Below, piece by piece: positions 12,221 to 23,879 of a DNA stretch of 64,000 bases. The notes beneath the pieces were generated by a model, which was given only the letters and a program-made list of their open reading frames with translations, was not told where the DNA came from and did no database searches. This stretch comes from Mytilus trossulus. Lineage: Eukaryota. The DNA is taken from contig NC_086380.1 of the NCBI RefSeq assembly GCF_036588685.1, forward strand, positions 19,902,001 through 19,966,000, written 5' to 3'. A program made the translations under genes and the position numbers. Every line of letters begins with the position of its first letter. The first letter of the stretch is position 1.

Positions 12221-13133
12221 GTAAGCTAACGAAATAAACGTGAATGGAAAATAAATCGCAAAACATCTCAATAAAAACCCATCATCAATCCAAATTTAAT
12301 AGACGATAATATACTTTAGAACCTTTTCTCAGTAAAGAAGACGTTTTACTCCCTTAATCAATCTGATTTGCGCGAAAATACATTAAGGTAGCTACCTTCC
12401 TAACCTGTACAACATAAACATACATTCTGTACAACTGATCTGTGTGGGTATCTTCATTGTGAATTTCTAACCTAAGTTATGATATTTCATAGGATGAACT
12501 AATTCGTATCTGTACGTGTTTTCTCTTGGATTTCTGGGGCAACCATTTCTCACTCGAAACCTAGTTAAAATCCATTTGTTTAAATGCTGGTCAGGTCCAT
12601 GATCATGCCCATGGTGTGTATGACTACTTCATCTGCCTTTTGGCACACATGTTCAAAATTGAAAAAGCTGCAACTTGATCATACAGGTTCTTGGAAGACT
12701 TTATTAATGCACTTTACTGAAAATTTCCTATATCACATGAGGGGCTATAAATATACCAAAATAAGTTCCACAGTTCCCGGATTTTCCACACTCCGGCACT
12801 AGAATCTTTCCTGTACCAGGAAGAAGAAGATAAACTGTCAGTAAGAAATGTTTTACACTGACGTTATGCTGATTGACCCAAGTCAACTGGGTGGTGTAAA
12901 TGTGTAATTTTGTTTTCACTTGGTCGCTAATCAGAAACCCTACATTGTAAATTTTAAGACAGTAGATATGCATATAAATGTTGTTCTTGTACACGAATAA
13001 ATGGTCCATATAGTGAAGAAAAATAATTCAGCTACGAATCGTAAATTATAAATTGATATTAAGTGATGAAAACATACTACAAATGTACATAATATTTAAA
13101 TTCTTGTTTACATTGTATGTTTTATTTTTTCAG

Positions 13134-16100
13134 ATGGCACCAAAAGCGAAGAAGCCGGCTCGTATGGTCACCAAAGAAGTTGGTGGGGATAAAAATGGAA
13201 AAAAACGTTTAGTTAGGATTAATAGATTGGTAAATAATTTTTTGAATTTTAGATAAATACACGTCTACATGGTATACATCATACCACACACAACACTAAA
13301 TTACTGTATGATACTTTTATTGTAAGGTATACCACAGTTGCCTCTTTAGCTAAATTTAGAACATCACAGCCTCTTGCCAGGATTGGCATTTGTGCTTTAT
13401 TCATCATGCCCCCTAGCTTATACAATTTGTTAAATTTTCTGGTTTGTTAATATTCAAGGCTATAATAAGGGAATATTGTATTCATGATTCTACAACAAAG
13501 TCTGAAAAGAGTTGATTCAAAGTTATTGAGATTTCTTCTAAAGATTGTTGGCCCTCAATTACTTTCTTATATTCACTTTTATCTTATATCCAAAGTGTTT
13601 CATACATGTATAATGGTGGTCACTTTGTTTACTTGTCTGTTCTAAGATGGGGAAATTGGTTTTATTAGTATTATTTATAGTTCTGTAACCCTATATATAC
13701 TATAGATACCCGAGACCAGTCATGTTATTATTCTTGTCAGGACTTCCTGTCTTTTGCATGTGCCTGACATCGGGTCCAGCTGGGCTCGTTGTCTCTAGCA
13801 ACAATAAGTGTGACATCACTCACAGGGTTCAGGGCAGTTTACACTTAGTATTTGAAATGAGCAGACGCTCATATTGTTTGGCTTCCAAATATGGAACCTT
13901 TATTTATAATATGTCTTTTGTAAAATAAACATCTTTATGTTTAGTAATACCATAATTTTATAGTTTGTCCAATATCCCAGAACTTGGTTAGACAATGGGA
14001 AAATGAAGGCTCAAGCCAGTGGAAACTTCACTGCTGTTACACATATAGGTCCCAAAGTTCTAAAAATAGATTTGTGAAGCAAGCATGAAAACTTCAAAGT
14101 GAATTAAAGATTTTTAATGTTGGACGAAAGAGCTGGTTTATTTTGTAAGGTCTACTATTTCTTTCGCCTTGTAAATATAAAAATGCATTCATTTAAACAA
14201 GACCTTTTCAATGAGTTTATATGTACATGTGTACATTTATTCTAAATTTACATGATATTATTTTATTTTCAGCCAAGATTTTATCCTACAGAAGATAAAC
14301 CAAGGAAATTGAGATCCCGTAGGAAGCCATTCAGTCAACACAAACACAAGATTAGGTCCAGCATCACCCCTGGCACTGTTCTCATCATTGTGGCTGGACG
14401 TCATAAGGGAAAGGTATTTTACGAAAAGGTTTTCGAAATGACGAAAATATTTCATATCAATTTCGTCACTTAAATTTGGAAAGTGTAAAAATATTTACAC
14501 ATCAAATTACTTGAATTCTACCTGTCTTTATGTTTCTGACAAGTTTATGACCCTCAGGTAATTAACGTTTACCAAAGGTGTTAAAAGTTGTGATGACAAG
14601 TAATCCGCCTATCGCCAATCAGATGGGTCACTAATCCCTTAATTATTATAAAACCTCATAAATGACCATCATAATAATCTATTTAAGTTAAATCAGTTAG
14701 TCAGCATTTCATTTTACTCATTTCTCACAATTCTGTCGTATTTTCGTCTTTGAACAAAATTGATAATCTTCCCGGACATTTCAACTTTATTTTAATTTCA
14801 TTATTTCCCTTACCATCATAATTTGCAGTTTGCTTGTCGTAGTTTCGTCATACTTTACATAAATATTCATCAAAAACTTTCGACAACTTTGATTAAAAAG
14901 AATGAACTTTATTCAAAACGTAAATATTTTCACTTGCAAACAGGTGCTTCCTTTTCCATGTATTGCGCATGCGTTAAAGTTCGTAGATGAATCCGGTTTT
15001 ATTCTGAAATTATAATTCAAATGTCACTTCCAGTTTTCATTTCATTTCGTTTAAAAATCAAAAGTAAACGTGATCTAGTCAATAGTTATTAAAGTCGTCA
15101 TATTAAGTATAGATGCAGATCCATCTATCCAATATTAAAGAAATTGATTCCAAATAGATATTTAAATGTATTTTCAGGGATATATAATGATTGTGAAGGG
15201 AAAAAGTCGTTACAAGTTCATTTGTGCAGTGGTTTAAAAAATAGAGGCACCCAACTTTTGTTGATCAGGGGTGTGCCCTGAAAAAAAACTGAAGTGAAGT
15301 TGAGAACCATATTACCAGATCCCTGTTCTTATCTTCATATCTTAGCATCACATCAGTCAATTCATTCAATATTGTCAATAACTGCCTACATTAGCAATCC
15401 TAAAGTTTTCAGAGATCCTAGACTAGTCCTTGAAGGACTTGGACATATATGTAAATTGCTAGTTTGATAAACATCCTAGACCCCTTGCTATTATAAAAAA
15501 TAAGGCTGATTTTTATCACGCGCAAAAGTGACTAAAGCCCTCAAAATCCTAGCTGAAACCCTGATTATACATGAAAAAAGTAATTTGGTAGTTATAGGCC
15601 AGCTGAAGGACTCCTACGGGTGCGGGAATTTTCGCTACATTGAAGACCCATTGGTTGCCTTCGGCTGTTGTTTGCTCTATGGTCAGGTGGTTGTCGCTTT
15701 GACATATTCACCATTTCCTTTCTCAATTTTATATAGTGGAATAATGGATTTGACTATTGGCTTAGATAATTTTACTGTCAACAGCAGTTCAACTATGATT
15801 GATTAAAGGACCTAATTATATTCTAGCGTTTTCTACATGTATATGAAATATATAGGTGTTTATCTTCTCAGAATGAAAAGTAAGGCGTTGTGTGTATAAC
15901 CTACATAAATTTGATCTAAAAAAACATAACAGATGAAACTGTTTGATGAGTGTCATTATTCAGCCAAACCCTATTGCCAATAAAAAAACTGCTCAGTAAA
16001 TTTCTGAAAGAATCGTTTTAAGAATAGAAAAAAGAAAAGTGATAAAAACAGATTGCTTGAACCTCACATTATCATTTCTTTTTCAGAGAGTAGTATATCT

Positions 16101-17965
16101 TAAGGACCTACCATCTGGTCTTCTCCTTGTTACTGGTATGTGTTTATAGCAATATATTTCTTCTGATATTAAACAAAAACCTCAAAAGTGATGAAAGATC
16201 TAGAATGTTAATTCAAGTAAAAGTTATTTACTGAAATCAGTTACACTTTTCTTCATCAAGTTCAATTTTATTGACATGTATTTATGTTGATCAACTATTT
16301 TATTTTATCAATATAAAAAATTTCATGCATAATTTCAAATCAAAATTTGTGAATCAGTTATGAAAGCACACGTTTTAAGTACAAAGACTATTTATTTGAC
16401 ATGATTAAAAATCAACTGTATTTGTACCTGGTTTGAAACGAAAACAAAATCCTACTCCGCCTCTTTAAGAATAACTATATATTCAGTCTGTACCTTTGGC
16501 CACTAGTCTGATGCCCAAGACTTGTGTAAAATTCATTTTGACTAGTAAGGCCATGGAAAATTAAAATTTTGAAGACCCGTCAGTCAGTCATTCAGCACAC
16601 AAGATTTAAGTGCAGACTAGTCTATTAATTTTAAAGAGAGCTGACATCTGTCAAAATTTCTATAACTAATCCAATCTTTAGGACTATTGATAAAGGCTAT
16701 TCCATAGCTTAAAATAATCACAAAACTGCATTGAAAAGATTAAAAATGTAATTTGCTTTTCTTTATTCACATGTATTATATGTAGCCAAATGATACATTA
16801 CATTATATTATGTTTTTTAGGACCATTCCATTTGAATGGTTGTCCTTTGAGGAGAATTAACCAACAGTATGTCATTGCCACAAAGACAAAGATTGACATT
16901 GGTTCCATCAAGCTGCCTGAGAGAGTAAACGATAAATACTTTGCCAGACAGAAGTTGAGGAAACCAAGACACACTGAAGGAGAAATATTTGACACCAAAA
17001 AGGAGGTTTGTACAGTATAGTTTGCTGCTCACAATTAATAGCTCACCATAGTAAAATCCAGTTTGTTTAAGTCATTGAAGTGGGTTCAAATTTTGTGCAT
17101 GTCCAACATAGGGTAAATACAAAGATGAATAAAATTTAGGTCTATTTTTTCAGAAAATATTGATTTCAATATATAGCAAGATAATTTTATTGAGTTCTAA
17201 CTGTAGTGGAGGGGCAATAAGTTTTACCCTTGTCCATCGGTTGATCCCCAAAGTGGTTTTCGCTATGTTTATTTCTGAAACTTATACACAAGGCTTATTA
17301 CATGTACCATAAAACACAGATAAAAGATTGAATTTTGGGGGCATTAGTACAACAGTTTTAGAGTTATGTCCCTTTACAAATGAAAATAATTGCTGAATTT
17401 AATTTAAATTCTCTTACTTAAGTTTGCCTTAACCAAATGTTATGAAACTTATACACCTACTTTCAAAAGCTTATTACCACAAAATACAGATCAAGTACAA
17501 ATTTGGGTAGCATCACTTTTACTGTTCTTCAGTTATGTCGCTTTATAAATTTATATTAAATGCAAGCTGGGGCATCATTTGTAAGTCTGAAACTGATGAA
17601 CTTGTTTGGTATCTTGCTGAATAGTATGTAGAATGGAATGTTTTGGGCAGGACTAAACATGCTGTGTCAGATCTCAACTCTCCCCTATACCTCTTGCCAC
17701 TGTAGAATGAACAAACGCATGACAATATGTACAATAAAACTCAATAAAAAGATGTCTGTATGATGTCTGGTTAGTTTATAAGTACATTTTATGTGTATTA
17801 CAGGTGTACCAAGTAAGTGATGAGCGTAAGGAGGATCAAGTTTCCGTAGACAAACAAGTCCTGGATGCTATCAGGAAGAACAAGGACAAGAAGTACCTGT
17901 TCGGTTATCTGGGAGCCATGTTTTCATTACAGAACAGACAATTCCCACATCAAATGGTCTTCTAA
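13134..17965 (+). CDS. RPL6: 60S ribosomal protein L6 (eL6), 210 aa. Exons 13134-13229, 14273-14413, 16087-16135, 16821-17005, 17804-17965
   Basis: 633 nt in frame with GT-AG introns. Motifs [106 protein letters not shown] at 17975. Confidence 0.96.
15596..15732 (+). repeat. Short interspersed repeat (SINE-like 3' fragment)
   Basis: GGCCAGCTGAAGGAC..GGGTGCGGGAATTT..GCTACATTGAAGACC...CTCAATTTTAT, with a close copy at 43165-43302. Confidence 0.6.
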
Positions 17966-19140
17966 AGAGATGTCATTAAATTATCTTGAAGAGATTTCTT
18001 GTTTTGTGTTTATTGTAAAAAAAAACCAGAATATTAAGGAAGAATGCGAAGTGAAGTGAATGTACACAAAACAACACACTCATTTATTTTATACTGAGAA
18101 ATGTTTTAAAAGAGGAATACATTATATATATTTGGAAACAAAACACTACAGAGACATATATTATTACTGTTACTTATTTTAAGGAGATGTAATATGATTG
18201 TCATTGAAACAAGTATTTACACACAAGTTTAAAATACATTTTGTACCTTGAGCAATTATAAGTCACTGTTCAACCCTGTACTAAACAAAGAGTAAAAATA
18301 ATTCCTTATTAAAGGCACCATCTTGTGAAAAAATTAAAAGAAGAAAACCAACTGCCTGATTTTTATCAAAACGATAAATCAAAAACAAATATTATAAAAC
18401 ACCAACCAATAACTACTAAATTACAGACAAAAGATTGAACATGAACAAGTCTATATAACGCATTTACCAGAATTGTATTGAACCCTGCAAAATTCAGTTT
18501 TGTTACTCCCAACAATTATTTTGTTGCCATATTGACACTAAAAGCTTCATAATTGCAATATCGCAACGGCTTGCCTCTAAAACACAGTTTGTGTCCAAAC
18601 TTGCCCCAAACTGTTCAGAGTTTGACAAGGCATTTTAAATAGCAATAGGTCAATTATATTTGGTGTATAGGTCTGTCAATTAGCATCAAACCATGACCTC
18701 ATTTTCATGGTTCATTGGTCATTTAGAGTTTTCCTGGTTTAGTTTTTATTTGTTTCTAAGATACTAGATACAAAAGGTCAGCTATATTTAAAGTATGTAG
18801 TGATTGTAAAGTGCACATGTCTTGTCTGGCAAGGTTCATGGTTGATTGATCAATGCTAAGTTTGTTTCTTTGAAGTGCAATAGGTCATATATAGATCAAC
18901 TATATTTTAAGCATATTTGGTATATGGAATGATTGTAAAGTGTTCATGTATTTCCAGTTTGGTTTATCTGATTTTGACCAAATTTTGTTAAATTGATATG
19001 AAAGTTGTTGAAAAGCTTTATATTTTTGGACTATCAACATAAGTACAGAAAGTGAGATATTTCAGCGTGTGCACTCTTATTGCCTATAGCAATGTATTTT
19101 GAGAACTAGAATGGATCAAAAGAATTTTCCAATAGCAAAA

Positions 19141-21855
19141 ATTTGTAAGGGTTCTGTAGAACCCAGTGTCTCGCCTACTTTTGCTGTAACTCCAAGGCTC
19201 AACAAAAACGAGGAAAAAAAATAAAAAAAAGATTCCTCTTGATACTATCTTTTGATTGTAAGAAGTTTCTATCCAAGATTGGTAAAAAATTCAGGATAGT
19301 TTATGAATCGAATAAATGTTTTTAAAACTTCAAAAAAACTGCAGACTGTACGTAATGTTAACTTGAAAAAAAACTAAGTCCATTTATAAGTAAAATACAG
19401 ATACACAGGTACCAAATATTAACAAAATTTTCTTTCTAGATACTAGCTTTTGATCATAAACGAGCTTCTGTTCAAGTTTGGTACCAATTTAAAATAGTAT
19501 ATAAAAGTTATTAAATCTTCAAAAAATTTAACTACAGAGTGAACGTGTTGTTTCCTGGCAGAAAACCTAAGTCCATTTCAAAGTATAATACGGAAAAATG
19601 GATTTATTTTTTTACAAAATTTACTTCTGGATACCATCTTCAATATAATGATCATAAACAAGCTTCTGTCAAAAACAGAAAAAATGGAATTTTATATTTT
19701 TGCAAACTTTACTTCTTGATACTATCTTATGATCATAAACAAGCTACTGTCCAAGTTTGGTCGAAATCCAGGTTAGTTTAAGAAAGATATTAAAATTTTA
19801 AAACTTTAACAACAGAGTGAATGTAATGTTTCCCCGCAGAAAAACTAAGTCCACTTATAAATAAAGTGCAGAAAAAAAAGAATTTTATTTTTACAAAATT
19901 AACTTCTGGAAACCATCTTATGATCATAAACAAGCTTCTGTCAAAGTTTGGTAGAAATCCAGCATAGTTTAAGAAAGTTAGTAAATTTTCAAAAACTTTT
20001 AACCACAGAGTGAATATTTGTGGACCCCGCCGACGGAATGTAGGATCGCTTAGTCTCACTTTTTAGCTCACCTGGCCCAAAGGGCCAAGTGAGCTTTTCT
20101 CATCACTTGGCGTCCGGCGTCGTTAACTTTTACAAAAATCTTCTCTGAAACAGCTGGGCCAAATTTAACCAAACATTGCCAAAATCATTATTAGGGTATC
20201 TAGTTTAAAAATTGAATCTGGTGACCCGGTCAACCAACCAAGATGGCCGCCATGGCTAAAAATAGAACATAGGGGTAAAATGCAGTTTTTGGCTTATAAC
20301 TAAAAAACCAAAGCATTTAAAGCAAATCTGATGTTGGGTAAAATTGTTCATCAGGTCAAGACCTATCTGCCCTAAAAAATTTCAGATGAATCGGAAAACC
20401 TGTTGATGGGTTGCTGCCCCTGAACTGGTAATTTTAAGGAATTTTTGCTGTTTTTGGTTATTATCTTGAATATTATTATAGATAGAGATAAACTGTGAAC
20501 AGCAATATTGTTCAGCAAAGTAAGATTTACAAATAAGTCAACATGATCGAAATTGTCAGTTGACCCCTTTAAGGGTTATTGCCCTTTATAGTCAATTTTT
20601 AACCATTTTTCGTCAATCTTAGCAATCTTTTACAAAAATCTTCTCCTCTGAAACAACTGGGCCAAATTAAACCAAACTTGGCCACAACTATCATTGGGGT
20701 ATTTAGTTTAAAAATTGTGTGGCAAGACCTGGCCAACAAACCAAGATGGCCGCCACAGCTAAAATAGAACATAGGGGTAAAATTCAGTTTTTGGCTTATG
20801 ACTCAAGAACCAAAGCATTTCAAGCAAATCTGACAAAGTTAAATTGTTTATCGGGTCAAAATCTATCTGCCCTGAAATTTTCAGATGAATCGGACAACTT
20901 GTTGTTGGGTTGCTGCCCCTGAATTAGTAATTTTGTGGAAATTTTGCTGTTTTTAGTTATTATCTTGAATATTATTATAGATAGAGAAAAACTGTAGACA
21001 GCAATAATGTTCAGCAAAGTAAGGTTTACAAATAAGTCAACATGACTGAAATTGTCAGTTGACCCCTTTAGGAGGTATTGCCCTTTATAGTCAATTTTTA
21101 ACAATTTTTTCGTAAATCTTAGTAATCTTTTTACAAAAAACTTCTCTGATACTTCCTAACCAAATTAAACCAAACTTAGCCACAATCATCATTTGGGTAC
21201 CTAGTTGTAAAAATGTGTGGCGTGACCCGGTCAAACAACCAAGATGGCCGCCACGGCTAAAAATAGAACATAGGGGTAAAATTCAGTTTTTGGCTTATGA
21301 CTTAAAAACCAAAGCATTTAAAGCAAATCTTGACAAGTAAAATTGTTTATCAGGTCAAAATCTATCTGCCCTAAAATTTTCAGATGAATTGGACAACCCA
21401 TTGTTGGGTTGCTGCCCTTGAACTGGTAATTTTAAGGAAATTTCGCTGTTTTTGGTTATTATCTTGAATATTATTATAGATAGAGATAAACTTTAAAATA
21501 CAGTAAATGTTGACAAAGTAAGATCTATAAATAAGTCAATATGACTGAAATTGTCAGTTGACCCCTTAAGGAGTTATTGCCCTTTATAGTCAAGTTTTAA
21601 CCATTTTTTCGTAAATCTTAGTAATCTTTTACAAAAATCGTCTCTGAAACTACTGGGCCAAGTTAATTATAGATAGAGATAATTTTAAGCAGCGAGAATG
21701 TTCAGTAAATTAAGATGTACAAACACATCACCATCACCAAAACACAATTTTGTCATGAATCCATCTGCGTCCTTTGTTTAATATTCACATAGACCAAGGT
21801 GAGCGACACAGGCTCTTTAGAGCCTCTAGATTGACAAAAGTCGAAGGCTCAACAA
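19141..21855 (-). mobile_element. HINE of the 905-1975 family carrying a nested element
   Basis: Colinear with 905-1975. Its terminal segment (TAGTCTCACTTTT...GACAAAAGTCGAAGGCTC) is split by 20061-21829. Confidence 0.75.
20061..21829 (+). mobile_element. HINE/DINE-1-like element with about 3 x 500-bp internal repeats
   Basis: 5' TTTTAGCTCACCTGGCCCAAAGGGCCAAGTGAGC (subterminal TIR plus inverted repeat). 3' GGTGAGCGA followed by hairpin AGGCTCTTTAGAGCCT. Inserted in a T run. Units start at ~20128, 20627, 21129, 21626. Confidence 0.8.
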
Positions 21856-23879
21856 TAAAGGATCAGTTAACATTGCTGAAATCATCAGAAATTATTGACC
21901 TGTAATGGAAAATCACTTATTTTTATTCATGAGTTATCTCAGAAATTGAAATAATTAAAAACAAATACAGCATCCAAACACAAGACTCATGGAAAAACTT
22001 CATTTAATGACCAGAGTTATCTCCACTTGGTCATGAAAAATAGAAATCACTAAAATCTTTTAACATCTGCAATATGGAATACATGCTTGAATTAAAACTT
22101 TTTTGTGTGTTTTTATTTGGCATTGGCAATGTATTTCCATCACAAGGAGTCAACATTTTGTCAATCTAAATCAATCATTGAATTAAGGGATTTTTAAAGT
22201 AGAATTTGAAGTTCCGCAGAGAACAATAGCTTTTGTATTTATTCTATGGGACAGTTTAACTTGCAAAATGTTGAATGTCTGAAGCAGACCAACTGACTTT
22301 GGGGAAAGATTTTATTTCTTTCATAATTCACTGTTTTAGTACATGAAACTTAATAAAAGTTAGATCAATTCTTGTTAATGACACCAATATATAAAGCTTC
22401 TTGAAGAAAAATAAAATCTGAACCTCGCAATACCATATTCCAAAAGAAGACCACCTGATAGAAAATGTGCAATATGTGTGTACATTATGCTGTGTAAATT
22501 AAAACATGACAAAAGTCTCAAAGACTAAATTAATTTTTAAGTGGAATTGGCTTCTAGATTATTTTATTTTAGTAAGTTTATATACTGTTCACCTTGATCT
22601 CATTCTAGGGATCTTTTCACAAAACATCTGATGACAATAAAAGTTGTATTGAAATGGTCACTTGATTTTTTTGTGAAATGAATCATTGAAATGGCTAGAT
22701 CATTGTCAGTAAAGTTTGAACTTTAAAGTCAACAAAACAAATTAAAATTTTATAATATAACATTTTATTTAACTAATTGATTGTATTTATACATGATTGT
22801 TTGCAAATAACATATGAAATAAAAATGTATACATAAGTATAAAATAATGTCAAGTTTAATACTTTTCATTACCATTATCAACCTCATTACAGCATAATAA
22901 ATCATACTAAAATCCAATAGTACTAGCCAGCTTGAATTTTTATAACAATGATTGTATAAAACATATAAATTTGGAAAGACAAAATTCCCCGGGTAAACCC
23001 AACAGGTTTAATGAATGGATATTATTTATTTTGAATTTATTGAACCATAAAATTAATGTTTGACTCTTCACATTGAATAATCTGCGAAAGTCATATATGT
23101 ACAATAGAAAAATTAAGGCTACGTCCAAAATCAAGTATATAATATAACAAAACCAACAAAATCTAGGATAATTACCATAGAAATTATGTATTAGTTATAA
23201 CAAAATAACTTCAAATCAACTAACATGCAGATACAGGGATACATATGACAATAGACCTGTGGGTTCATACAATTTTAAAACAAGAATGTTTCCCTAGTAC
23301 ACAGATGCCCCATCTGACAATCATTTTCAATGTTTAATGGACCATGAAAATGGAAAAAAATCTCTAATTTGGCATTAAAATTGGAAAGATCATATCATAG
23401 GGAACATGTTTACTAATTTGGAGGTGATCAGACTTCAACTACATGAAAAACTACCTTGACCAAAAACTTTAACCAAAACTTTAACCTGAAATGGGACAGA
23501 GGCACAGACCAGAAAACATAATGCCCATAAATGGGGCATAAAATAATACTGTGTGAACAGGGCATAGTATGTATGATAAATACAAAATAATCATATGACA
23601 AAATACTGATTACAGATATAACTTTACATAGCAGTTACAATATTTATTAAAAAAAAACATCTCAAATAAAATTACAATAATTACTACCATAATAAAAAAA
23701 AATCTTTCTACTTGTAATACATCTTCCAATTTAAAACAAACTTAAATATTAAACAGCTTCTGTATGACTAAAAGTAATGCCCTTTTAAAAGAAAAATGCA
23801 CTATTACAAGTTATATGGTTTCGCTACTGACCCCCTATGGATTTATAGAGGGTTAGTAAAATTCATAGGGGGGTCCTCT

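Noticed and set aside
13683-13845. GC-rich multi-hairpin in RPL6 intron 2 as an H/ACA snoRNA
   Set aside because: Enclosed by terminal inverted sequence (CTGTAACCCT / AGGGTTCAG) and lacks a properly placed H box, so it is more like a small fold-back repeat. Not excluded without an Rfam scan.
15943-16234. C/D box pairs (TGATGA...CTGA) at 15944-16007 and 16189-16234
   Set aside because: No convincing terminal stems or rRNA complement of 10 nt or more. Such motifs are expected by chance in AT-rich DNA.
19539-21104. Several 60-90 aa ORFs in this interval
   Set aside because: They fall within HINE internal tandem repeats and have no protein motifs.
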